From NCBI GenBank assembly GCA_021159225.1, contig JAGGSE010000232.1:23015-87014 (forward strand): 64,000 nt of DNA, given 5' to 3'. Below are positions 31,719 to 41,315 of this stretch, piece after piece. The first letter of the stretch is position 1. Every line of letters begins with the position of its first letter. Position numbers and translations under genes: made by a program. This stretch comes from a bacterium. GTDB lineage: Bacteria > Patescibacteriota > Minisyncoccia > Minisyncoccales > JAGGSE01. Under the pieces are notes generated by a model that was given only the letters and a program-made list of their open reading frames with translations, made no database searches and was not told where the DNA came from.

Positions 31719-34700
31719 ATGGCCGAAGAGTATATAGTAGAAATAGGTGTTGAGAATAAGGAGGAGTTAGAAAAACTCCGTACCCAAGTCGCGAAAACCG
31801 CTGAGTCTGTCCAAACCCTTTCTGAAACTGTACGTAAGCTCGCTGAAAGTCAACGACAATTAGTTGAGTCGATTCGTAATACCGCCCGGAGTACCCAAGC
31901 TTCTGTTAAGTCCACCCAAAGTGCTTCGAAGGCCACTTCACAGTACGCCTCCTCTGTTCTCACGTTAAGGACTGCGTTTATTGCTATTGCCTCTGCAGCT
32001 GGGTTGGTAACTGCAGCGATTAACTCTAAAAAGATCTCGATGAGCTTAGCGAATAAGTTGTACGTACTTTATACGCGCTCAGCCCAAAGCGCTGCTCGAG
32101 CAGTCACCTCATTTGCAGTACAGCATCGCTTCCTTGGTACCGTTTTGACGCAAACCGTTCATATACTTTCCACTACAACTTCTGCTTGGATTACTTGGGC
32201 AAAAGGATCAATCCCTGCTACTGCCGCAATGAAACAGTCTTTAAATTCTGTGCGAGATGCGCTCAGAGTGTTGTTCACCGAGTTTCGCAGGGGACCTTTT
32301 ACTTGGATAGCTTCTCAGTTTACGCACGTTGCAGAAGTTGGTAAGTCTGCGTTCGTTTCTATTGCTGTTTATGCTGTAAGGGCAGCTACTAGGTTAGTTG
32401 AGTTCTTGACTCCTGCTGTTGCTACGGTAACGCGCTTGTTTTTGAAGTTGAGCGATTCTCTTACTCCAGTAAGGGAAGCTCTTTCTCGTCTGTTTGTTAG
32501 ACTGAGAATTCCAGACGCCTTTACTAAGCTAACCGAAGTTTTTACCAGGCTTAAAGTGATAATCGTTGATGTCGCGGATGTTATCTCTACTAAGTTTGTG
32601 TCTGGACTTCGTGTCGTAGCCGACCTCTGGAAAGGCTTACTCCGACTTGCTTATTCCCTACGTGATCGTGTAGCCCAGATCGGGAGTGTGGTGAAGTCTA
32701 AGTTAGCCGGCAAGATAGGACTGACCGCTAGTTTTGCGTTTTTAGGTACTGTATTGGATAAGGTGCGAGACAAGATCTTGCAGCTCGGGGCTCGTATTAA
32801 CGAATCCCTAGGTGGTGAGGCCGTTTCTATAGGCGCGAAGTTATCTAAACCTTTTGTGGCGATGATGGGGAGTTTGACCATTCTTTCCGGGAAACTGTTG
32901 CGTTTCTTTCCCTTGACTAAGAAGTTAGGCTCTACACTAACTACGTTGGGGTACTCCCTCGCTTCTGTGTCCTCGTTTTCGCGGTCGTGGTCTATGGTAA
33001 TGTCCCATTTGGATAAGACATTACCTGGAGTCAACGACCGATTACGCAGAGTTACTCGCGGTTTCTCAGAGTTGACCGGTAAGATTAACATACAAACGGC
33101 CGCGCTTCCTAGATTGATCAAGGCACTTGGGGAAGTCACCTTTCACTACCTTATGATATTCAAGTTTAATGTTAGTCTAGCTCACGGATTCGAGCTCTTG
33201 GGTGAGAAGCTCTCTTACTTTGGTGAAGCCATGCTCGAGCACTTCTCCGAATCGTATAGAGTCAGTTCTGAGATGATTCGCACGCAGGTTGATTTGAACC
33301 GAGCGGTTCGGAGGTATGCTGAGTTGACCGGCGATGCTTCTATGAGTGCAAAAGATTGGCTCCAGTGGTCCGACAGACTTGCTCTTTCTGCAGGTAAAAA
33401 CGTTTCAGAGATGCGCCGGGTTACCGGTGCTCTGTTGGATTTTGCGGCTTTGTATAAGTTGAACCAAAAGGAGACGAAGCGATTCATTTCTTTGATGACA
33501 GACGTTTCGAGTTTCTTGGGCAAAGATGTGTTCGAGACCTTGCAACATGTCCACGGTGCGTTGGCTGGGTTAACTAATTCAGCCATGATTTTGGGCATTA
33601 ACATAGACCACCTCAGAGAGAAGACTAAGTTTTACGAAGAACAACTCCGGAAAGAAGGCACCGAAACTGGAAAGTCCGTCAAACAAAAAGCGAGGATGCT
33701 CGCTCTTATACAGGAGTTGAGTTACTTACAGGGTGTTAACAATAGGTTGATGGAAACAGGGTATGGTATTCTGAGACGTTATCGCGTTTCTCAAGAACTT
33801 CTCGCGGCCCAAACTGGAAATTATGTAACTCCTATTTTGAATGCTTATTACAAAATTTTGACCCGAATTAACGAGGTCATGGCTCAGCCCGGGATTGGAG
33901 GTTTTATCACTACGATGAAGGCCGCTGGTGCCGCCTCACTTGATTTGCTAGGACGTTTTGTAAAACTCGGAGCGCAGTTGTTTGTATTGATTGAGACTGT
34001 ACATTTAGTTGAAAAGGCGTTAACAGCACTAAACGCAGCCTTTGACGTCTTTGGGATGACTCAGAGAACAGCTCTTGCTCCTCTATTCGTGATGAGAGAT
34101 GGTATGGTCAAAACTAGTTTTACTGCCTCGTCACTAAGCAAAGTTCTCAAGAGGTTAAGCGTTTACATTGGTACTACCTTTGTAAACTTCTTCAAAAACG
34201 GTGCCAAGGCTGTTAAAGGCCTTGTTGTAGAGTTAAGAACTGCGATCTCCACATTAATGGCGACTAAAGTTCCCAAGGCCATTTTTGGCCCAGCTCTAGC
34301 ATCTGCTATGGTTCCAGAAAGGGGTGTGATTAGGAAAGCTCTGGCTGCTAGTAAGTTGATGCAAGCGACTTTTATGGCCGAAGGGTTGGTGCTGGCGAAG
34401 AAGGTAACTCCTATGGTACAGAAGCACGCTAAACAGGTTCGAGATTTGTACTTAATTACTCATGACGTCGCCGGAGCTCAACGGGAGTGGGCTAATACCA
34501 TAATTACGTTTACTGGGGCGGCCGGGGGTTTGTCTAAAGTATGGTACACTTTCTTAGGTGTCGTTACAAAAGTTAAAGGTGCCGTGTTAAAACTCATTAA
34601 CATATTCAAAGGCTTTGCCAAGATTTTTGGGATTATTTTGATCGTCATTCCCGCGGTGTATAAAGCCTTCAAAGAAGCGCTTATCCCGGCTTTTAAGGAA

Positions 34701-37700
34701 ACTTTTGGGGAGTCCGAAACTTTTCGGGCCGCGGTTTCTGCACTAGGGAAAGTTTTGGGTTGGTTAGGAAAAATCATTGTACAGATTGTTACTGGCCCCG
34801 TTAAGCTGTTTGCGACGGGAATCGCTGGGACTGCAGGTGTTATTTCGTATGCACTGGGATTGATTATTAAGTACAGGGGCGTTCTTCTCCGCTTAACAGG
34901 ACCTTTCTATTTACTCGGGAAGTCCGTCTTTAATGTGGGGAAGTGGTTCGGTATTTGGGGTAAGTCTGTTGACTCCTTGAACAAGAAACTTGACAGTGCT
35001 GGCGAGACTTTGATCAAGTTTGGAGAACGGTCTGCAGATAATGCTCGAGCTATAATTGGGCTGAACAAGGTACTACAGACTAACATCGATCGTACTGCGC
35101 GGTTGCGAAAGGAACTTGCTGAAGGAATGAAGAGACGACAAGAGGAACTGGGACTGAACCTTTCGTCTGCTAAGTCGTTGGAGCGAGTTGTTAACGCTAT
35201 TCAGGAGTATCGAGATGCCTACCAAGAGTTCCTCGAAGTTCAAGATGAGATTGAGAAAGGTAGGACGACTGAGGGTAAGCAGTTAGAAGATGCAGAGGCT
35301 TTACATAGGAGAAGTACCGAAGCGGTTCAGGAGCTTTCGAAGGCGCGTTCCGCTCTTGCAGAGAATTTGAAGAAGCAGTTTGAAATTACAGGAGCCCAGA
35401 TTAAGGAAACTAAAACGTTGGTAAGTTTGTACTCAAAGTACACTAAAGCTATTGGCGACGTTTCGACTGGACAAGTAGTTACTCTCAAAACTGGGCAAGC
35501 TATTTCACGGATTTGGCAAGGCTTAAATCAGATTACACAGGGAAACTTAAGTGGGATTAAGACAACCGCAGAAGCGTACAACTCGTTAGCAGGTATACTT
35601 CGTGATATGGCCTCTAAAGCTAGCCCTTCACTACGGGCCGCGTTGGTAGCAGAAGCTAAGTCTTATGAGAAGCAAGCTGGTATACTAACTAAGGTAATGG
35701 AGAGGACCAAAGGGAAGGTCAAAATTGATGAAAAATTAATCGAGACTTCCTTCAAAGTCTCCGCTGCCCAACGTGCTGTGAATGACGAATTACAAAGGCA
35801 CCAAGCAATTTTGACTTACTTACATAAATCGATTTCCGATACAACTGAGGGACTGGGTCAGTTCGCGAATGTGTATTCTAAAGATGTAACAGTCTCGGCC
35901 GAAACTGCCGCCCGTGTACAGCTCGCTTTAGCGAAGATCTCCGAAGTAGGTGCTCGTCGCTACGAAGAAGCTATCAATGGTAATATAGACTCTCTTAAAG
36001 TGTACCGGAACTATCTTGAAACAATTCAGAAGTCCCAGAACGACGAATTTGCCACTCTTGTTAAGGACGCAAAGGGGAGACAGCTCCTGAATGCTTACTT
36101 GGAAGCACAGATTCGAACCGTTGATAACTTGATAAAGTCTTATGAGAGTGAGTCTCAAGTTCATGTAACTTTATCGGCTCGTATAAAAGCACGACTCGCT
36201 ACTTTGAAGGCGCAGAATAAGGTAACAACGGAAACTCTGAAGCTTCGGAAACTTCTACTTGACCTTTGGAAGTCTGAGTTTAACCTCCATTCTCGGTTAA
36301 ACGCCCTTACGTTACAGGGGTTGACTACAAGAGAAAAGAGAGCCCAAGCAGAACAGTATCTTAGCGAGGCTTTACAACAAAGTATCGAGCAGTATAGCAG
36401 AGCAGGACTTTCTCTCAAAGCCTTTGATGATTACGAGAAAGGGGCTATTTCAACTACTACAGCCGTTAGACAGGCTCTGGTGCAATTACAAGGTCGTACC
36501 GACTTGTTAAGTAGGGCTATTAAGGAAACCCTCTTAGAAGCTCTGTCTCGTGCTACATCTCAACAGCGTGAGTATGCGGCTATGACGATCCAAAGTGCGA
36601 GGCGGATTAAAGAACTCGAGAAAGTAATTCACCCTGTTTATACTACTTTTGGGAATTACTCGAATCTGATCGCTGATTTGGTTAATCGTTCTCGTGACCT
36701 AGCAAAGCAGACAGGGATTTCGGCCCTCGCCTTTGATTCCTCTACGGTTACTGTGAGTGAACTGGCTTCTTATCTCGCCCTTTTAAGCGCACATCAAGTT
36801 GATTACAACAATGTTTCAAAAGAGACCGCTCAAGAAGTTACCTCTCTAGTTGAGAAGTTACTCGAGCTGACCAGAGTTGATGTCCCCCAATGGGGGTCAA
36901 GCTTAGCTAATGTATTTGAGAGCTTACAAGGGAAGACTAAGGATTTCATTTCAGCGAATGATTACCTCAAACCCGCTCTCCTGAACGCTATCTTTGGATT
37001 TAGGGGGTTGGTTGACAGAGTCCGTGAGCTTGATGCTAACCTCGCTCCTGTTATACAAAGCGTGTTAGACAGCGCTTCGGCGATGTATGAAGCTAAGAGT
37101 TCTTCTTCGGCTTATAGTGAGGGGTTGAGTAAAATCACGAGTTTGGAAGAGCAAGTACGTACCGCCCTTAGTAGCGTACTCCCTCATTTAAACGCGCAAG
37201 TTCAGGCTTTAGCTAAAGGGAAAGTGCAAACTGCTGACATGATCGCGAAGACTCAAGATTATGCTAGGATCGTTTCAATACTGGTTTCCCAGTTAAACAC
37301 ATTGACTGATGCTGAGGAACGTTTGCGAGAAAGCCGCCGTAAGAATTTGGAGTTGAGTTCCTCTTTGGTATTTTCCACTCAGCAACTTCATGAGAATGTG
37401 TCCGAGCTCGCTAACATTGCTGTACAAGATCTGATTCAACAGTACCGACGAGCGGGTGTGGTACTGAGTGAATCGCAGAAACAAGCACTGGAGGACATAA
37501 CAAGGACTATTACAGGTTACACAGAGTTAACTGAGTTGGCTCGTAGACGAGTTGATACTTTTACGAAGTTCGTGGACGCTAAGCTGGCCGAACAAACACG
37601 CGCTTGGTCGCGCAATAAGGATGAAGTTGAAGCTTTTGCTAATGGCTTGAGGACTATTGGCGAGAGTGCAATGCAAGGAATCTTGAAGAACTATGCTGAG

Positions 37701-38336
37701 ATTGGGGCGAAGATCGAGGAAATGGGCGGGTTCTTTGGCGCCCTCGGACAAATGACTCAAGAGGCTGTTGCGAGGACCGCTGCGAGCGCGTTTGATGAGT
37801 TGAACAGGGCAATAATTGATTCTATAGTATACGGAAAGCGATTTCAGATGAACTGGCAGGAAATTTTGAGAAGCTTTACGGCAGGTCTTGCTCAGGCAAT
37901 GCTACAGTTGTTAGAATTTAAACTAGCTATGATGGCGCTGCAGGCGATGGGAATTCGAGTTCCTATGATGAGACGTGGGGGTTTGGTTCCTTTAAGGAGG
38001 CAGGCCGGCGGCCCGGTACCTGGGCAAGGACGTGGAGATAGCGTCCCCGCTTTACTAGAACCAGGAGAATATGTTGTTCCAAGGCCTGTGGTAGAAAAAA
38101 TAGGAGTTTCGTTCTTTGACGCGCTACGTAAAGGTGTTGTACCTCCGACGATAACACCTTTTCATTACCAAGCGGGAGGCTTGGTTACGCCGATGCAACA
38201 ACAAACGCAGGAACCGAAGGTAACGGTTGTGACTATTTTCGATGAGAAGGAGCTTAATAAGTATTATAGCTCTCCCACTTATGGCAGGGTTGTTGCGAAC
38301 AATGTAGGTGAGAGAATCGCGAGGAGGACTAGCTAA
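31719..38336 (+). CDS. tail tape measure protein (2205 aa)
   Basis: It is very long and helical, with hydrophobic central segments. The C-terminal region GGLVPLRRQAGGPVPGQGRGDSVPALLEPGEYVVP is typical, and the gene follows the chaperones. Confidence 0.9.
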   Translation: MAEEYIVEIGVENKEELEKLRTQVAKTAESVQTLSETVRKLAESQRQLVESIRNTARSTQASVKSTQSASKATSQYASSVLTLRTAFIAIASAAGLVTAAINSKKISMSLANKLYVLYTRSAQSAARAVTSFAVQHRFLGTVLTQTVHILSTTTSAWITWAKGSIPATAAMKQSLNSVRDALRVLFTEFRRGPFTWIASQFTHVAEVGKSAFVSIAVYAVRAATRLVEFLTPAVATVTRLFLKLSDSLTPVREALSRLFVRLRIPDAFTKLTEVFTRLKVIIVDVADVISTKFVSGLRVVADLWKGLLRLAYSLRDRVAQIGSVVKSKLAGKIGLTASFAFLGTVLDKVRDKILQLGARINESLGGEAVSIGAKLSKPFVAMMGSLTILSGKLLRFFPLTKKLGSTLTTLGYSLASVSSFSRSWSMVMSHLDKTLPGVNDRLRRVTRGFSELTGKINIQTAALPRLIKALGEVTFHYLMIFKFNVSLAHGFELLGEKLSYFGEAMLEHFSESYRVSSEMIRTQVDLNRAVRRYAELTGDASMSAKDWLQWSDRLALSAGKNVSEMRRVTGALLDFAALYKLNQKETKRFISLMTDVSSFLGKDVFETLQHVHGALAGLTNSAMILGINIDHLREKTKFYEEQLRKEGTETGKSVKQKARMLALIQELSYLQGVNNRLMETGYGILRRYRVSQELLAAQTGNYVTPILNAYYKILTRINEVMAQPGIGGFITTMKAAGAASLDLLGRFVKLGAQLFVLIETVHLVEKALTALNAAFDVFGMTQRTALAPLFVMRDGMVKTSFTASSLSKVLKRLSVYIGTTFVNFFKNGAKAVKGLVVELRTAISTLMATKVPKAIFGPALASAMVPERGVIRKALAASKLMQATFMAEGLVLAKKVTPMVQKHAKQVRDLYLITHDVAGAQREWANTIITFTGAAGGLSKVWYTFLGVVTKVKGAVLKLINIFKGFAKIFGIILIVIPAVYKAFKEALIPAFKETFGESETFRAAVSALGKVLGWLGKIIVQIVTGPVKLFATGIAGTAGVISYALGLIIKYRGVLLRLTGPFYLLGKSVFNVGKWFGIWGKSVDSLNKKLDSAGETLIKFGERSADNARAIIGLNKVLQTNIDRTARLRKELAEGMKRRQEELGLNLSSAKSLERVVNAIQEYRDAYQEFLEVQDEIEKGRTTEGKQLEDAEALHRRSTEAVQELSKARSALAENLKKQFEITGAQIKETKTLVSLYSKYTKAIGDVSTGQVVTLKTGQAISRIWQGLNQITQGNLSGIKTTAEAYNSLAGILRDMASKASPSLRAALVAEAKSYEKQAGILTKVMERTKGKVKIDEKLIETSFKVSAAQRAVNDELQRHQAILTYLHKSISDTTEGLGQFANVYSKDVTVSAETAARVQLALAKISEVGARRYEEAINGNIDSLKVYRNYLETIQKSQNDEFATLVKDAKGRQLLNAYLEAQIRTVDNLIKSYESESQVHVTLSARIKARLATLKAQNKVTTETLKLRKLLLDLWKSEFNLHSRLNALTLQGLTTREKRAQAEQYLSEALQQSIEQYSRAGLSLKAFDDYEKGAISTTTAVRQALVQLQGRTDLLSRAIKETLLEALSRATSQQREYAAMTIQSARRIKELEKVIHPVYTTFGNYSNLIADLVNRSRDLAKQTGISALAFDSSTVTVSELASYLALLSAHQVDYNNVSKETAQEVTSLVEKLLELTRVDVPQWGSSLANVFESLQGKTKDFISANDYLKPALLNAIFGFRGLVDRVRELDANLAPVIQSVLDSASAMYEAKSSSSAYSEGLSKITSLEEQVRTALSSVLPHLNAQVQALAKGKVQTADMIAKTQDYARIVSILVSQLNTLTDAEERLRESRRKNLELSSSLVFSTQQLHENVSELANIAVQDLIQQYRRAGVVLSESQKQALEDITRTITGYTELTELARRRVDTFTKFVDAKLAEQTRAWSRNKDEVEAFANGLRTIGESAMQGILKNYAEIGAKIEEMGGFFGALGQMTQEAVARTAASAFDELNRAIIDSIVYGKRFQMNWQEILRSFTAGLAQAMLQLLEFKLAMMALQAMGIRVPMMRRGGLVPLRRQAGGPVPGQGRGDSVPALLEPGEYVVPRPVVEKIGVSFFDALRKGVVPPTITPFHYQAGGLVTPMQQQTQEPKVTVVTIFDEKELNKYYSSPTYGRVVANNVGERIARRTS

Positions 38337-39310
38337 TGGCTTTTAGAAAAACGTCTGGAACTGTATCTTCGCTGTCGGATTTATTTGCTCGAATTAGGAC
38401 TTTCTTTGTTGGCTCTCTCGGATGGACACAAGTTCACTCAGGAACTCAAATGGGGAGTGCTTACTACTTTTATCATAGTACAGGAGAGGCTGGAAATAAA
38501 GACATTTACATTGGTGTTAGATCTTTCCGGCGCAGTAGCACTTTGTGCGGCTTTCAGTTTACAGCTTGTACAGATATAAACACGTCGGAGGATTTCGATA
38601 GTCAGCCGGGGGGTTTTGGAACTCCAGACTGTTGTTGCTGCCAGTTTGTAAGGTATCCTATCTTAAGCGCTGTTGATGATGGGACGTCGATGGCGTATTG
38701 GTTTATTGGGGATAAGGATTTTGCATTTCTTTTGTTTAGAATTGGTTCTAAATATTTATCAGCTTACGTGGGGTTGATTAATTCGTACTGGAGTGATTAC
38801 CCTTTACCATTAGTAGTTCTTGGTTCTTTAACCTTCGACCCCTATCTTAGATTTGGCTGTACTAGCGTTTGTTGGCGTGATCGTCAGCTTGCAATCCCGT
38901 ATCGCCGGAATCTGGGGAGTGGTGAAGGTTATGACGCCTTTTTCGGTTGCTGTGGTTCCTGGCTTCGAAATTGCGGAAATACTGAGTGGTTTCGCCGCTT
39001 TGTAACTAATTGTGTAGATAGTTATAATAACTGTGAATTTCTAAGCCATACTAATTCTTGTTGGTGGTTGGTTACTTACTTCTATTGCCAATCGTATTCG
39101 ACCCGGTCTCAAGGGCACGTTTTATTTCCTATTTATGTCGGGAGCCCAGAGATTGACCTACTCGGTGAGTTGAAATATGTTTACTATTCATACTTTTATG
39201 GTAATGTACCGTCTGAGTCTACTATTTACGTTGGGGGCGACCCTTACTTGGTTTTTGTAAGTACTTATGGAGAAGACTCCGTTTCAATAGCAATAAGGGA
39301 TTACGAATAA
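38336..39310 (+). CDS. post-tape-measure tail-tip protein, paralog A (Cys/Trp/Tyr-rich)
   Basis: It has TAATG coupling and is paralogous to the next gene (LGW..., DIYIGV, CG.Q, WFIGDKDF, VGLI.SYWS). It contains the CCCC run in TPDCCCCQF. Confidence 0.5.
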   Translation: MAFRKTSGTVSSLSDLFARIRTFFVGSLGWTQVHSGTQMGSAYYFYHSTGEAGNKDIYIGVRSFRRSSTLCGFQFTACTDINTSEDFDSQPGGFGTPDCCCCQFVRYPILSAVDDGTSMAYWFIGDKDFAFLLFRIGSKYLSAYVGLINSYWSDYPLPLVVLGSLTFDPYLRFGCTSVCWRDRQLAIPYRRNLGSGEGYDAFFGCCGSWLRNCGNTEWFRRFVTNCVDSYNNCEFLSHTNSCWWLVTYFYCQSYSTRSQGHVLFPIYVGSPEIDLLGELKYVYYSYFYGNVPSESTIYVGGDPYLVFVSTYGEDSVSIAIRDYE

Positions 39311-40260
39311 TGGCATATCATATAGAACACTTAACTGATATAAACGGGCCTCAAGCGTTATACAACGCCTTGATTGACTTTATGACAAGTACGTTAGGGT
39401 GGGAAGTCAAGAAAACTGGAACTACTGGAGGTAGTTACGGAAGAGATTATACTATCCTTTATTCTAGCGGCGAATCAGAGCAAGAAGATATTTACGTTGG
39501 ATTTAGTTGGTATTATCGTACTAATATTCGTTGCGGCATTCAAGTAAACGCTTATACAGGGTTCGACAGTGCTTACGGCTTTAGTAGTTTAGGTTCTCTA
39601 AATACGGAGAAGTCCCACGGTGTTTATAGGTGGTTGCCCACCGTACTACTTCAGGACACAAATTACGATCACGTGTGGTTTTGTGGAGATAAAGATAGTT
39701 GTTTCGGTGTAGTTAGGTGTGTTACTATTTACCCCCACTTTTGTGTTGGCCTCTTACGACGTTATTGGTCACGGTATTTTGATCCTTACCCTCTTTATGC
39801 GTTTGGAACTTTCAGTGGCGGATACAATTACCCTTATGACTATGACTGGAACGACTCTTCGCGGTTCAGAGGAATCAGTTCTTACCGACATGGGGATTAC
39901 TGTAGAGATTACTTGTGGTACAATCAGGATACTTGGCATTCGGATTTTGGTTACTACCCCGTGGATCCTGGTACAGGAGATACTATGCGACATGAACATC
40001 CTGAAAGAAAAAAGAAAATCTTTACCGCTAATATGTTTATCCACGCAATGGAACTGCCTAACAACGAGAAAGCTATTGCCCCTTTTATGATCGCCGATGA
40101 GACAGGTATACGCGGCGAAATTAAGTGGGTTTATAAGTTATCTCGAGCTGTTGGGCTGGATCCGGAGGACGAAGTTACAATTAACTCGGCTTCGTACAAA
40201 GTATTCCCTGGTACAGTAGATCTGAATCTCTCAAGATGGTTTGCAATTAGACTCGCTTAG
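39310..40260 (+). CDS. post-tape-measure tail-tip protein, paralog B
   Basis: It has TAATG coupling and shares blocks with 38336-39310 (LGWEV, DIYVGF, CGIQV, WFCGDKDS, VGLLRRYWS). Confidence 0.5.
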   Translation: MAYHIEHLTDINGPQALYNALIDFMTSTLGWEVKKTGTTGGSYGRDYTILYSSGESEQEDIYVGFSWYYRTNIRCGIQVNAYTGFDSAYGFSSLGSLNTEKSHGVYRWLPTVLLQDTNYDHVWFCGDKDSCFGVVRCVTIYPHFCVGLLRRYWSRYFDPYPLYAFGTFSGGYNYPYDYDWNDSSRFRGISSYRHGDYCRDYLWYNQDTWHSDFGYYPVDPGTGDTMRHEHPERKKKIFTANMFIHAMELPNNEKAIAPFMIADETGIRGEIKWVYKLSRAVGLDPEDEVTINSASYKVFPGTVDLNLSRWFAIRLA

Positions 40261-40273
40261 GAGTTAATTGAGC

Positions 40274-41221
40274 ATGGGTGTGATTAAACTCTATAAGTCA
40301 AAAATTGTTAACGATTCGGAGTTCAACGGAGGTTATGAAGATTGCTCGTCCGAGATTTTCTCAGGACAATATGAGAACCTTTTTCCAGATGTCTCGCCCT
40401 CCGAACGTGCTTCTGGGTACGTTCGTTATCGAAAGTTCTTCGTTCACGCAACTGCTCAAACTATCTCTAGTTCGTACGTAGGAATCTTTGACAGGAGCCC
40501 TGCAGGAGATTATTTTAGACTTCACGCAGCAACTGTTGCTCAGACTCAAGGAAGTTTACTCGCACTTCCTTCGCACAAGTGGTATGGTACTGGTAGGATT
40601 ACCCAACCCGTTGCCTCTGGGGCTACAGTTGTAGTTGCGTCTTTTGATGGTGATGTCCCTGATATTGAAGTGAACGATACCGTTCTTTTGGCTAGTGCGA
40701 CTGATAATGAACTGCATACTGTGGCCGCTGTTACCAGTTCCGGACTGAGTGTAACCGTTACTTTGAGTAATGGTACTAACCACTCGTACGATACGGGTTC
40801 TCGTTTGTGCCACTTACTTCCGTTGGGTAGTATTGCCCCTAGTTACTCTGATTGGTTGGAGTCTAGCTCTTCAGGGACTTATGATGAAGTGAATTACCCT
40901 CCTAGTGTGTATAATGTGGGGACGGTTGAAGATGTTTGGACTTTGACGTTTTATAGTTCCTCTGCGTTTACGTGTGTAGGTTTAACTACGGGAACTGTTG
41001 GAACAGGAGATATTAACAACGATTTTTCGCCCAGTAATCCTGTGGGGGGCACCTATTTCACACTCTACGCCTCCGGTTGGGGAGGTTCATGGCAGTCTGG
41101 AGATTCTGTCTCGTTTAAAACTCACCCGTCTTCGAAGCCTGCTTGGGCTAAAGAAGTTATCCCTGCGGGCGCTGCGCCTTGTTTCTCGAATGAGGTGCCC
41201 TTTATTGTGATCTATGCTTAA
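40274..41221 (+). CDS. tail/baseplate-region structural protein
   Basis: The call rests on position. The product is Ser/Thr/Gly-rich and beta-type. No motif was recognised. Confidence 0.4.
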   Translation: MGVIKLYKSKIVNDSEFNGGYEDCSSEIFSGQYENLFPDVSPSERASGYVRYRKFFVHATAQTISSSYVGIFDRSPAGDYFRLHAATVAQTQGSLLALPSHKWYGTGRITQPVASGATVVVASFDGDVPDIEVNDTVLLASATDNELHTVAAVTSSGLSVTVTLSNGTNHSYDTGSRLCHLLPLGSIAPSYSDWLESSSSGTYDEVNYPPSVYNVGTVEDVWTLTFYSSSAFTCVGLTTGTVGTGDINNDFSPSNPVGGTYFTLYASGWGGSWQSGDSVSFKTHPSSKPAWAKEVIPAGAAPCFSNEVPFIVIYA

Positions 41222-41315
41222 GGGGACCCAGATGACTCTTAAGACGACTACTCCAATTCTCGAGTCTTACACTCCTAGTGGGCTACTGCGATTATAACTT
41301 AAGGAGAGGAAGTAA

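Noticed and set aside
32651-33604. 162-aa and 129-aa - strand ORFs inside the tape measure gene
   Set aside because: They are antisense to a 6.6-kb uninterrupted ORF with typical tape measure features. They have no RBS and no recognisable motif.
40274-41221. A C-terminal GWGGSW segment considered as a diversity-generating retroelement target
   Set aside because: No reverse transcriptase and no template-repeat copy were seen anywhere in the window. The GGSW tetrapeptide alone is not diagnostic.
41232-41297. 21-codon ORF (MTLKTTTPILESYTPSGLLRL*) in the gap before the LamG fibre gene
   Set aside because: It has a plausible AAGGGG RBS but is too short to support from sequence alone. It is noted only as a possible micro-protein or leader peptide.
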